64,000 nt of DNA, taken from Bdellovibrionales bacterium. GTDB lineage: Bacteria > Bdellovibrionota > Bdellovibrionia > Bdellovibrionales > JAMPXM01. The notes under the pieces were generated by a model. It was not told the origin of the DNA. It saw nothing but the letters and a program-made list of their open reading frames with translations, and searched no databases. The position numbers were made by a program, and so were the translations under genes. This document shows, in pieces, positions 47,655-57,517 of this stretch (its first letter is position 1; every line of letters starts with the position of its first letter). The DNA is taken from positions 1-64,000 of the forward strand of contig JAYUEN010000286.1 in assembly GCA_043739185.1 (NCBI GenBank), written 5' to 3'.

Positions 47655-48839
47655 GTGTCAGCTCCAGCTGTTAATTTGCAAGCTAGTAAAGTAAGACTCA
47701 CTCTTACTATTACCGAAGGCCTAGACAAAGGTTCTTCGTTTCAAATCATTCCACCAAAGGTGCTGATTGGGCGAGATCCAAATTGCCATATAGTCTTGCA
47801 AGATTCAAAGTGCAGTCGCCAACAAGTTGCCATTCATGTACTCCCCGATCGAATTTCTATTGAGGACCTGAGCTCAAAGAAAACCACATTAGTGAATTCG
47901 TTTCAAATTAGTTCCGTCGACCTCAAACATGGTGACTCAATTGAAATTGGCGACACCGTACTTATTTTTAAAGCTGAAATTGTTCAGAAACAAAAGGGAC
48001 AACAAGAGCTTCAATTGGTTTCTCAAAATCCCGCAGCGGCTCAGAATGGATCCCGGCTACCCCAGTCAAGACAACAGGCATCGCCTGGTGTTCAAGGACT
48101 GCCGGGACGCTCAAAATCCTCGCGTCGTTCTCAACCCCAAAGCGGAAGTGGTGGCATTACATTTTATATTATAGCGGCTATATTATTGGGTGGACTGGTT
48201 TATCTTTTGTCGAGTTCACACGGTCCAAAGGTTATCGAGGCCACCACACGAAATCAGGACAAAGTAGACGCCGAAATAAAACGCGCGGAAGCTCAATCCG
48301 CAGAAGATTTAGCACTAAAAAAATTAGATTCCGCGGATGCAAAAGCTCACTATGAGCAAGGTAGTCGAAAATTCATGAACGGAAATGAGAAGTTTGCAAA
48401 GTCGGACTTTCTGGGTGCAACGAAAGATTTCGAAGATGCGATCGGTCTCTTTACTGAATTTTTTGGTGCCCGAAAATTTTCAACAGCTGAAGAGCATACC
48501 AAATATGTCGAGGCCAATAAACACTACCTAGAAGGATTCAGAGATTACAGCAAGGGGCAGTACTCGCGTGCCATTCGCTCCTTTGAAACCGCATTGGCCA
48601 TTGATCCCTCCCATAAACTTGCCGGAAGATATCGCGAATATGCATTTCGATCACGTGAGGAATTCATCGCCACCGCTCTCGAATTTGGCAAGCAATACCA
48701 CGAAAAACAAATGTATACGCGCTGCTCTGCCTCTCTTGAAAAAGTCCTAGTCGAAATTAAAAATGAAAGTGATTTACGATATAAAGAAGCCGTGTCTTTA
48801 AAGCGGGTTTGCGATTCCTACCTCAGAAAGGATGATTAG
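47655..48839 (+). CDS. FHA-TM-TPR protein
   Basis: GTG start; FHA IGRD...CSRQQ (degenerate); TM FYIIAAILLGGLVYLL; TPR-like YSRAIRSFETALAIDP. Confidence 0.82.
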   Translation: MSAPAVNLQASKVRLTLTITEGLDKGSSFQIIPPKVLIGRDPNCHIVLQDSKCSRQQVAIHVLPDRISIEDLSSKKTTLVNSFQISSVDLKHGDSIEIGDTVLIFKAEIVQKQKGQQELQLVSQNPAAAQNGSRLPQSRQQASPGVQGLPGRSKSSRRSQPQSGSGGITFYIIAAILLGGLVYLLSSSHGPKVIEATTRNQDKVDAEIKRAEAQSAEDLALKKLDSADAKAHYEQGSRKFMNGNEKFAKSDFLGATKDFEDAIGLFTEFFGARKFSTAEEHTKYVEANKHYLEGFRDYSKGQYSRAIRSFETALAIDPSHKLAGRYREYAFRSREEFIATALEFGKQYHEKQMYTRCSASLEKVLVEIKNESDLRYKEAVSLKRVCDSYLRKDD

Positions 48840-48844
48840 CTCTC

Positions 48845-50824
48845 ATGTTGAAGTTTAAGGTACGAAAACATGGTAGCGACTTCAAAGAGCTCATGCTAGA
48901 GCCAGGGCAGGAGTATGTGGTGGGCCGCGCTCCAAATTGTGATATTGTTCTTGACGATCTTCCCGGCATTTCGCGCCAACATTTTCGAATTAAGTTTGCA
49001 GAAGAAACATGGCAAGTTCAAGTTCTCTCGAAGTTTGGAAACTTAACCAAAGAAGGTGAACCCACCAATCATTTCAATTTGGGGCCGCAAGACTCATTTA
49101 AGATTTCACCATATGATTTCATCGCCCTAAATGAAGATGAACCCACACCTGAAGTGCCCGCACAGGAAGAGCCGCAAACCACATCAAAGGCGCTGGCCTT
49201 AATTGAACCAAGCTCGCCTCCAGAAGTTTATGACGAAAATTTTCAAGGTGATAATGAAATCACTTCAGTAGGCTCTTTTATTGGAATTCCTTATTTGCGA
49301 ATTACGGGACCACATCAAAAAGAGGATGAAGTTTTACGCCTTGAAGGCAAATCATGGATTGCCGGTCGCGATGAAAATTGCTCTATTATTTTGAACGACG
49401 CCACCGCCAGTCGCAAACAGTTTCGAATTGATTTAAATGAAGAAGAATATTTCATCACCGACGTCGGAAGCTCCAATGGCACTCTCATCAACGGCGCGAG
49501 AGTAACTACGAAGACGCCTTTAAAGAGCGGTGATATTATTTCCGTTCAGTCCTTGACCATTCATTTTGAATTGAGAGATCCAAACTTTAAAGAAAAAATT
49601 CAAGGGATATCAGAAAATTTTGTAAATACCCCCGCATTGATAATTGAAAAGGAACCGGTCTATCAGCACCCCAGCTTTTTACCCGCTTCTTATGAGGGCG
49701 ATGGCGGTGCTATTCCTCTTCATTATTCGCCACCACCCAGATCACATTCGCGTGCAAAACCTAAAAGCGGAGGCAAATTATTTTTCTATATGATCTTTGC
49801 CGGCGTGATTGTTTTGGGACTATTTTTGTTTTCTGAAAATCCTAAAAAGGGTGAAAATTCAAATCCAAATCAAAGCATTTCTAATAGTAAATTTGATCAT
49901 CTTTCAATTCCCCAAAAACAATTGGTGGTTGACTCTTATAATTTAGCTAACAATTTTCTCTTGCAAGGAAAATACTCAAATGCCCAAGCGCAATTGTTGA
50001 AAATCGCAGAAATGCTCGGCGACGAAGCCTATCAAGATTCGCGTAATTTAATGGCTCAATGTCAAACCGCTTTAGACAATGAAGGTAAGATTGCACGCAT
50101 TGAAATCGAAAGAAAACGCGCGGAGGCTGTGAGCAAACGGCTAAGTGAAATTCTTTACCGGTGCAATATTGTGTCGCAAACTGCAACTTCTGAGCAGGTC
50201 ATTGACCAATGTCTTGAAGAAGCACTCAATTTAGATCCTGGCAATGATGAAATTCACATTCAAAAGGAACGCGTTCACAAGCGCATTTCAGATGCCAATG
50301 AACTTGCTAGTCAGCGTGCCGATTATAAGGCGCGAGTCGAACGCGCCAAGGAAATGTACAATCATGCGCGCAGCCTTGAGTCCAAAGGCGAATTGCTTCA
50401 AGCCATTGAGGCCTACGAGAGACTTGCAAAAACAAATTTGCCAGATCCTGAGGACCGAAAAAAGGAAGCTCAAAGAAAGATTGCCTCGATTAAACAGAGC
50501 CTATCTCAAAAGGCCGAAGAATATATTCATTCTAGTCAGCGGCTTGCCGAACAAAATAATTTAAAAGGAGCGCTTACAGAACTCATCAAAGCGCAGAAAA
50601 TTGACGCCAACAATTCGCACGTTAACTCTTTGATTAAAAAATATCGTGGAGATCTCGACAATCAACTGCAAGATCTTTATGGCGAAGCCACCATCTATGA
50701 GGGAAACTCACGCCTCGAACGAGCAATGGAAATTTGGAAGAAGATTGTCGATTTGGATCGCCCCGACGGCGACTACTATCGAAAGGCCAAAAGCAAGTTG
50801 CACACTTACGGAAGTCGCCAATGA
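48845..50824 (+). CDS. Double-FHA, TM, TPR protein
   Basis: VGR...ISRQH and AGR...ASRKQ...SSNGTLING; TM; TPR-like helices (ALNLDP, AQKIDA). Confidence 0.85.
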   Translation: MLKFKVRKHGSDFKELMLEPGQEYVVGRAPNCDIVLDDLPGISRQHFRIKFAEETWQVQVLSKFGNLTKEGEPTNHFNLGPQDSFKISPYDFIALNEDEPTPEVPAQEEPQTTSKALALIEPSSPPEVYDENFQGDNEITSVGSFIGIPYLRITGPHQKEDEVLRLEGKSWIAGRDENCSIILNDATASRKQFRIDLNEEEYFITDVGSSNGTLINGARVTTKTPLKSGDIISVQSLTIHFELRDPNFKEKIQGISENFVNTPALIIEKEPVYQHPSFLPASYEGDGGAIPLHYSPPPRSHSRAKPKSGGKLFFYMIFAGVIVLGLFLFSENPKKGENSNPNQSISNSKFDHLSIPQKQLVVDSYNLANNFLLQGKYSNAQAQLLKIAEMLGDEAYQDSRNLMAQCQTALDNEGKIARIEIERKRAEAVSKRLSEILYRCNIVSQTATSEQVIDQCLEEALNLDPGNDEIHIQKERVHKRISDANELASQRADYKARVERAKEMYNHARSLESKGELLQAIEAYERLAKTNLPDPEDRKKEAQRKIASIKQSLSQKAEEYIHSSQRLAEQNNLKGALTELIKAQKIDANNSHVNSLIKKYRGDLDNQLQDLYGEATIYEGNSRLERAMEIWKKIVDLDRPDGDYYRKAKSKLHTYGSRQ

Positions 50825-51510
50825 TTTTCAATTTTTCTTACCGCCCCTACAGCGGAAAGCAATTTCGCCCAGTTCCTGAAATTCACTCAGATGAAAAGAC
50901 ATTGGTAGTCGCCACACCTTGGGGCAATCGCGATTCTGCCAAAAAAGCAATTGACCGGATACTCGAATATTTGATTCTTTGTAATGAAGATCGAGAAGCA
51001 ACAACTCCTTTTCAAAGGTTATCGTGTCTTTCGGTTGGCGCCAATAATTTGCGAATTGCGGCCTTACTTGCAAATGAAAGTATTTTCAGAGAAGACAACC
51101 ATACAGAATATCGAAACGGCACTGAATTGTTCGCAATGTCACTTTCTGAAGGAGAGCTGGTTTGGGTTCAAATCGGCCAGCCGCAAATATTACTGGTTCG
51201 TAAAATGAGGCAGGTGGTGACACTTGCTGGAGCCATGGATTTGTCCTTTGATATGAGTGACGGCGAAGAACTTCTACCCAGTCTTCCCAATCAACTCCTA
51301 GGCTTAGACTCTAGCTTGAATTTGACCATCAATAGTTTTCGCCCTCAGGATCTTGATCAGCTCATTTTGCTCAGTCACTCCCAGCTTCCTCGCGACCTTT
51401 ATCAACTAAATTCAAATGAATTTGAACTCGATAAAATAAGTCAAAGATTAGCTAAGTTAAGTCCCCAACTGGCCTTTTGGCTTGGATTGATCAAATTTTC
51501 AAAGACTTAA
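50821..51510 (+). CDS. PP2C/SpoIIE-fold protein lacking catalytic aspartates
   Basis: ATGA overlap with the upstream gene; PP2C-like spacing (ANESI, GTEL, QIGQ, QLLG, DQLILLS) but no DG motifs. Confidence 0.6.
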   Translation: MIFNFSYRPYSGKQFRPVPEIHSDEKTLVVATPWGNRDSAKKAIDRILEYLILCNEDREATTPFQRLSCLSVGANNLRIAALLANESIFREDNHTEYRNGTELFAMSLSEGELVWVQIGQPQILLVRKMRQVVTLAGAMDLSFDMSDGEELLPSLPNQLLGLDSSLNLTINSFRPQDLDQLILLSHSQLPRDLYQLNSNEFELDKISQRLAKLSPQLAFWLGLIKFSKT

Positions 51511-51557
51511 AGTTATATTGATCTATTTAGAAACTGAAAAAAGACCGATAGGAAGAT

Positions 51558-52373
51558 ATGTCAGAGGCTTTTGATTTTAAAAATGAATATGGACACTTAT
51601 CAGTTACCGACCCCAAACAGATGGGTATTTGCTATGGTCCCATCAAGCTCTTTGGCTTCAACTCTTCTCTCGGAATTAATTTACTAGGGCAAGGCAATAA
51701 AATTTGCTCCTTCGATTGCCCCTATTGTGATCTTGGTCGCACGAAGATGCGCCTCAATAGAGTTAAGAAAGATGGGCCTTACTCCAATTTAGAGGGACTT
51801 GAATTTCAATTGGATAAAGAATTCGCGGCCTACTCTGAAAAGAAAATTCAAATAGATGCCATTCATATTTCAGGAAATGGTGAGCCTACACTTTATCCCC
51901 ACTTGAGCGAGGCCATCGATATAATACTCAAACTTCGCGGAAAATATTTTTCGCAATCAAAGACTCTTTTACTTACTAATGGCGCACATTTGGATCAAAG
52001 AAAAGCCTTTGAAGCTGCCAGCAAACTAGACTCCATTGTTTTTAAATTAGATGTGGGCAATGATCGCTTACTAAAAGAAATCAATGCGCCGCTGGTGCGC
52101 TCGACAGTTTCGCACCTTATTTCAATTTCGCAGTCAGTAAAAAATTTGAGCCTTCAATGTTTTTTCGTTCAAGGCAGTATCGACAATACCAAACCGGCTG
52201 ACATCGAAGAGTGGATTGAAGTTATTGGACTCATTAAACCGCGAAGAATTTTTATTAATACTTTAAGTCATGTGCCTTCAAGTAGTGGGCTCATTGCTTG
52301 CGATGAAGATACTTTGTATACGATTGCTTCAAAGCTCGAACGCAAAACCGGCATTAAAGCTGAAGTCTATTAA
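51558..52373 (+). CDS. Radical SAM protein (uncharacterised Fe-S oxidoreductase family)
   Basis: SLGINL, CSFDCPYC (CxxxCxxC), SGNGEPTLYP, LLTNG. Confidence 0.9.
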   Translation: MSEAFDFKNEYGHLSVTDPKQMGICYGPIKLFGFNSSLGINLLGQGNKICSFDCPYCDLGRTKMRLNRVKKDGPYSNLEGLEFQLDKEFAAYSEKKIQIDAIHISGNGEPTLYPHLSEAIDIILKLRGKYFSQSKTLLLTNGAHLDQRKAFEAASKLDSIVFKLDVGNDRLLKEINAPLVRSTVSHLISISQSVKNLSLQCFFVQGSIDNTKPADIEEWIEVIGLIKPRRIFINTLSHVPSSSGLIACDEDTLYTIASKLERKTGIKAEVY

Positions 52374-54235
52374 AGCGAAAGCTCACTCAAGCGCCGGTTT
52401 AATACTTGGCGGTACTTTCTATTTTCTGGCAAAGCCAATACCAAATCGGAAATCGAAGGTTCTTTAGGGAAAGATAAACTAACATCCCAACTCATTGCCG
52501 TTAGATAATTGATTTCCGCTATACGATCCACCAGTATTTTATCAGTGTGAAGACGTAAAAAACTTTCCATCGCTTTCTGCCGCATAGACAAAGTCTGAGT
52601 CTCGTCTAACCAAGTGAGTAAATCCGAAAAGTCATCGGCATGACAATCTCTCAAGTTCGCAACGCCTTTTCCTAGCGAGTACTCTTTGACTAAATTCAAA
52701 CAAGGATCAATTGGAATTTCTGATTTCTCTTTGAGATTGCGATTGGCTACGAATCTCCAAATAGGATTGGACGCTTTAATACCTGAAGAGCGAAGCTGCT
52801 TCCAGCGATCTAGACGCAAGTCCCATATGGCTTTCCAATAGAGCAGTTGAGTATCCGTCGGATTTTTTTCGGCTAGATCAGACAAGCGGGTCAACAATTC
52901 ATTGCTTGGCCGAATGCCTCGCCACAACTCTTGAGCAATTAAAAATTTTGTCCGTTGCTCGCGCTTGAGGGGTTCGAAATGAGCGAGTTGGTGGCTTGCA
53001 AAGAAATTTCGAATACTCGATAAGGCATTGTGGTGAAAACTACCGTTCCCGAGGTTTAATAGTTCTGCGCTATCATCTAAGGTATCAAAAACTCTTTGCG
53101 ACTTATCATTGATGACAAGAAGATTGTTTGATCGAACAGCGAAACGAATCTCGCCCAGATTTCTCCATTTGGACCAAGCCGACTCTGAAATAATGAGTCG
53201 TTTGACTGGATCTAAATTTACTCTGTCTTTCAGTTGCTCTTTAAACGAGATGCCTTTCAAATTTGGATCATCTGATGGCAGAGTGGTGATGCCCAACCAA
53301 TCGAATAGCGTCACTCCCAAATCAACTAGACTCACATCTGCATCAAAATTTTTTAATAACTTCTTCTCTTCTCCTGCTGGCTTGATAAAGAGCCCGACAT
53401 GAGTACTTTCACTATACAAATTCAATGCCCTAATTTCCTCGTGTTCTTCAACGGCATGGCCATTGAGTCCCACGACTACAATATAGGTTGAGTCCCAGAT
53501 CTTTTTCTTTTTCATTTCTTGAAATAAAACTCCTAGTGATTCATCAACATATTCCATTTGACTCGAAAAAGATGCCTCTCGAACTTCTCCAAGAGAATTG
53601 GTGGTAGCGACGTCTTCAAACTGTAAATCCGCAAGATAAATTGTCGAAAAAAAAGAACGCCTTGAAGATTCTTGATCTTGCCAATTAAAAAAGGCGCGAA
53701 TGCTTTCTCCCGCTGGACGATAAAAACGCTTCATATTGACTTGAATATTGTCTTCAAAAACTTCAAAGCCCTGGCCCAAGCCTGATTTACGAAAAACAGG
53801 TGGGCCACCAGAATAAAACGTAGTTCTGTAGTTTTTGGTAATTGCAACATCGGCCACGGTTTTGTACTTTGCACTTAAAAACTGATTCCCGTTATGACGA
53901 AGTCCATGCTCAAGCGGATATTTTGCTGTAAGGATAGAGGCAATGGCGCTCATACTCATCGTTGAAGGCGTATAAGCGTGCGTGAAACGTACCGATTCAT
54001 TGCATAGAATTTGAAATCCCGAAAGTCCTTGCCAAGGATTATTTTTTGAACTTTCAGAAGAATTGTCGCCGCAAGAAACATTATGAAAACCCAACTGGTC
54101 AATCATGATTATCAAAATAGATGGCGGCCGGCTCACCTGAAGAGAACAAGATGATAGGCAAAGAATCATGGCACCCAACCAAGACCAAAGACTAATATTT
54201 TTTGTAGTCATAACTTTCATGCTCTCTTCAATCAT
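52370..54235 (-). CDS. Sulfatase/alkaline-phosphatase-fold lipoprotein with degenerate active site
   Basis: Lipobox LSSC; PSILIIMIDQL, RFTHAYTP, ASILTAKYP, GLGQGF, VSLVDLGVTL. Exact start uncertain. Confidence 0.8.
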   Translation of the reverse strand: MIEESMKVMTTKNISLWSWLGAMILCLSSCSLQVSRPPSILIIMIDQLGFHNVSCGDNSSESSKNNPWQGLSGFQILCNESVRFTHAYTPSTMSMSAIASILTAKYPLEHGLRHNGNQFLSAKYKTVADVAITKNYRTTFYSGGPPVFRKSGLGQGFEVFEDNIQVNMKRFYRPAGESIRAFFNWQDQESSRRSFFSTIYLADLQFEDVATTNSLGEVREASFSSQMEYVDESLGVLFQEMKKKKIWDSTYIVVVGLNGHAVEEHEEIRALNLYSESTHVGLFIKPAGEEKKLLKNFDADVSLVDLGVTLFDWLGITTLPSDDPNLKGISFKEQLKDRVNLDPVKRLIISESAWSKWRNLGEIRFAVRSNNLLVINDKSQRVFDTLDDSAELLNLGNGSFHHNALSSIRNFFASHQLAHFEPLKREQRTKFLIAQELWRGIRPSNELLTRLSDLAEKNPTDTQLLYWKAIWDLRLDRWKQLRSSGIKASNPIWRFVANRNLKEKSEIPIDPCLNLVKEYSLGKGVANLRDCHADDFSDLLTWLDETQTLSMRQKAMESFLRLHTDKILVDRIAEINYLTAMSWDVSLSFPKEPSISDLVLALPENRKYRQVLNRRLSELSL

Positions 54236-54318
54236 ACCTTGACCCTATATTTACACTCTAGAGATAATCGAGTGAAGGCAATTCTATAACGAAGCTAATT
54301 TAATTACGAGGAGAGTCC

Positions 54319-54951
54319 ATGCTCACAGAAAAACTTTTCAATATTGCACAAGGGGGCGCGGAAGCTATATTGTGGGTCATGGTGGCCATGAGCGTCCTCA
54401 GTATCGCCACGATCCTTGAGCGCCTTTTTTCATTGAGACAAGCAGCCTCGGCAAGTAAAAAAATTAAGTTGCGACTCAAAGAAGTTTTGCAATCTAATAA
54501 CCTTTCAGAGCTTGAGGACCTCAGTAAAGATCGCGATTCTTTAGAGGGCCGTGGTCTCTCTTATGGTTTAAGACATGTAAAAGAAAATGGTGTTAATGGC
54601 CTCGCCGAAATATTTAACTCCTTTGCGCTTATCGAAAAACCTGCACTTGAGCGTTCACTCAATTTTCTGGCTACAGTGGGCTCCAATGCTCCATTTTTAG
54701 GTTTGTTGGGAACTGTTCTCGGAATCATGAAAGCTTTCAAAGATCTTTCGGCCAATGTGACCGCCGGAAATGAAGCGGTGATGTTAGGCATTGCCGAAGC
54801 TCTTATTTCAACTGCAATTGGTCTTGTCGTTGCGATTCCTGCCGTCATCGCCTTTAACTATTTTCAAAAACAAGTAAAAGGCCATATGCAAAGTTTAGAA
54901 AGCGTAAAAGAACTTTGCATTGCCTATGCTAAAAACAAAGGAAAGGCCTAA
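54319..54951 (+). CDS. MotA/TolQ/ExbB proton channel protein
   Basis: LATVGSNAPFLGLLGTVLGI, GIAEALISTAIGL. Confidence 0.93.
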   Translation: MLTEKLFNIAQGGAEAILWVMVAMSVLSIATILERLFSLRQAASASKKIKLRLKEVLQSNNLSELEDLSKDRDSLEGRGLSYGLRHVKENGVNGLAEIFNSFALIEKPALERSLNFLATVGSNAPFLGLLGTVLGIMKAFKDLSANVTAGNEAVMLGIAEALISTAIGLVVAIPAVIAFNYFQKQVKGHMQSLESVKELCIAYAKNKGKA

Positions 54952-54953
54952 TC

Positions 54954-55361
54954 ATGGCTGGTCAACTAGGCGGAAGTGATGACGATCCAATTTCAGCAAT
55001 CAATGTAGTTCCTCTGGTAGATGTGATCTTGGTGGTTCTCATTATTTTCATGGTCACGGCACCTCTGGTTCTAAAGCCAAGCATCGATATCAATCTGCCA
55101 AAAGCGGCAAGTGGAGATACGACTCCCACCACGCCTTTAAATATTACAATTGGCCGAGACGGCTCAATTGCATTCAATGGCAAAGCCACTACATTAGAGC
55201 AAGTCACATCCTTTATTTCTCAAGTTATCAAAAGCAAACCAGATACAGCGGCGATTCTTGCGGCTGACAAAGCGGTAACACTTGAAAAGTTGACTGAGAT
55301 TATTGATGTCATCAAATCAGCCGGTGTGAAAAAAGTTGCTTTCTCAATAGAGAAAAAATGA
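54954..55361 (+). CDS. ExbD/TolR family protein
   Basis: INVVPLVDVILVVLIIFMVTAP, INLPKA, AADK. Confidence 0.93.
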   Translation: MAGQLGGSDDDPISAINVVPLVDVILVVLIIFMVTAPLVLKPSIDINLPKAASGDTTPTTPLNITIGRDGSIAFNGKATTLEQVTSFISQVIKSKPDTAAILAADKAVTLEKLTEIIDVIKSAGVKKVAFSIEKK

Positions 55362-56003
55362 GCTCTCCGCAGCCGTGCTGAGATTCTTTAAGAGGTTCAA
55401 GGCGAGTCTTTTTTCAATCTCTAATCGATTTACTTTGGCCCCCAATATTTCTTGTATCGAAATCATGGTTTCAGATTTAAATCCACATGGTTTTAGCCCT
55501 TGAAAGGCTTCGGCATCGCAATCAAGGTTGAGCGCCAAACCATGATAACTTATCCATTTGCGAACTCCGATTCCAATGGATGCAATTTTTCGCGAACCAA
55601 CCCAAACACCGGTTGCCTCGATCTCAAGATCGTCTTGCTTTTGCAAACTACGTCCAGCGGCTTGAATGCCGAACTCAGATAAAGTTTCAATAATTGAAAT
55701 TTCAATTTGTCTAAAAAAGCGATGCAGGTCCCGCCCCCTCAAATTCAAATCTAAAATAGGATAAACAATGATTTGGCTCGGACCATGATAGGTCGCGCGC
55801 CCACCGCGACTGACTTCAATTGTGGGCCCCATCCATGAGGTGACATCGCCACTTTGAGTGCCTCGCCCTAGAGTGACCACCGCAGGATGTGAGCAAAAAA
55901 TCAAAGTTTCTCGCGCAAGCTCTTGCCTGACCAAGCCCACCAGCTCAGTCTGTCTTCGAAGAGACTCTTCGTAATCGATGAGTCCCCAGTTTTGAATTGC
56001 CAT
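55344..56003 (-). CDS. lipB: Octanoyltransferase LipB
   Basis: HPAVVTLGR, RGGRATYHGPSQ, KIASIG, HGLALN, PCG; start 56003 or 56042. Confidence 0.94.
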   Translation of the reverse strand: MAIQNWGLIDYEESLRRQTELVGLVRQELARETLIFCSHPAVVTLGRGTQSGDVTSWMGPTIEVSRGGRATYHGPSQIIVYPILDLNLRGRDLHRFFRQIEISIIETLSEFGIQAAGRSLQKQDDLEIEATGVWVGSRKIASIGIGVRKWISYHGLALNLDCDAEAFQGLKPCGFKSETMISIQEILGAKVNRLEIEKRLALNLLKNLSTAAESSFFLY

Positions 56004-56048
56004 ATCACCTTCACGAAGATCCCGTGAAATCTCTAATTCCATAATACT

Positions 56049-57506
56049 CTATACCTGCGCTCGGACGCCGGTCGTTTCCTTCTTAAGGCCTAAAGGCTTT
56101 TGAATAATATGGATGGCGTGACCGAGGCTAGCTTCTGCAGCCTCCATCATAGTCTCACCAAGAGTCGGGTGCGGATGAATCGTCAATGCGATGTCTTCTA
56201 ATCGTGCTCCCATTTCGATTGCGAGGGCTGCTTCTGAAATCAAATTGCTCGCTTCAGGACCAACAATATGAACACCCAAAACAATATGGGTCTTAGCATC
56301 GGCAATTATTTTTACAAAACCATCGGTCTCCATCAAAGAGACGGCTTTGCCATTGGCCGCGAAAGGAAATTTTCCTATCTTTAAATCCGTATGTCCTTTC
56401 GCTTTACATTCTTCTTCTGTCCATCCGGCAGATGCGATTTCAGGATCAACGAAAATCACAGCGGGTACTGTTTTCGCATCATAAGCCCGATTATGGCCCG
56501 CACAGATTTCAGCCACCATCACGCCCTCATGACTTGCTTTGTGAGCAAGCATTGGCTGGCCGGCAATATCACCAATGGCAAAAATATTTGCTAAGTTGGT
56601 TTTTCTCTGCGCATTTACTTTTACAAAACCACGCTCATCAAGCTGAATGCCAATTTGTTTGAGATTCATTTGATCTGAATTGGGTTTACGGCCAATCGTT
56701 AACAATATTTTATCAGCTTTGATTTTCTCTTCTTTACCTGCACGATCAATGGTGAGCTCGACGCCATCTGCGGTTTTCTTAAAAGATTTTGCTTTGGCTT
56801 CAAACATCACTTCAATGCCATTCTTTTTCAGCTTTCGCGCAACCACTTGAACACAATCTGGATCTGCTAAACCAACCAATAAGCCTTTTTGCGCTTCAAC
56901 GACTGTTACTTGAGAGCCAAGCTTAGACATATACGAGCCAATTTCGAGACCGATGTAGCCACCTCCGATGACAACTAAGCGCTTTGGAACTTCACTTAAA
57001 GCCAATGCGCCCGTTGAAGAAAGTACGTTTTTTTCATCGATATCAAATCCCGGAATTTGAATGGGACGAGAACCCGTTGCGATTACAAAGTTTTTACTTT
57101 GAATTGTTTCCGTAGCGTTAGCAGTCTTCACCGTCAATTCGGTTGAGGTTTTGAAATTTGCTTCGCCGCGAATGATAGTGACGTTATTTCCCTTGAGAAG
57201 TTGTTCGACTCCGCCAGCCATGCGATCGCAAACGGATTGCTTCCAGCTTACTAACTTTTTCATATCTATTTTAACTTCGCCCTTTACCACAATTCCCATT
57301 TCGGGGGCGTCGTGCTCAATTCGGTGAAGAAAATGGGCAGCACTGATCATGGCCTTTGATGGGATACATCCGACATTCAAGCAAACTCCGCCTAAGTATT
57401 CCCGCTCGATAATACAAGTGCTGAGCCCAAGTTGAGCTGAACGAATGGCAGCTACATATCCGCCTGGGCCAGCGCCAATTACTGTTACATCAAATTTTTG
57501 TGCCAT
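56049..57506 (-). CDS. lpdA: Dihydrolipoyl dehydrogenase (E3)
   Basis: GAGPGGY, GGVCLNVGCIPSK, HPHPTLGE. Confidence 0.97.
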   Translation of the reverse strand: MAQKFDVTVIGAGPGGYVAAIRSAQLGLSTCIIEREYLGGVCLNVGCIPSKAMISAAHFLHRIEHDAPEMGIVVKGEVKIDMKKLVSWKQSVCDRMAGGVEQLLKGNNVTIIRGEANFKTSTELTVKTANATETIQSKNFVIATGSRPIQIPGFDIDEKNVLSSTGALALSEVPKRLVVIGGGYIGLEIGSYMSKLGSQVTVVEAQKGLLVGLADPDCVQVVARKLKKNGIEVMFEAKAKSFKKTADGVELTIDRAGKEEKIKADKILLTIGRKPNSDQMNLKQIGIQLDERGFVKVNAQRKTNLANIFAIGDIAGQPMLAHKASHEGVMVAEICAGHNRAYDAKTVPAVIFVDPEIASAGWTEEECKAKGHTDLKIGKFPFAANGKAVSLMETDGFVKIIADAKTHIVLGVHIVGPEASNLISEAALAIEMGARLEDIALTIHPHPTLGETMMEAAEASLGHAIHIIQKPLGLKKETTGVRAQV

Positions 57507-57517
57507 AAATAAATCCT

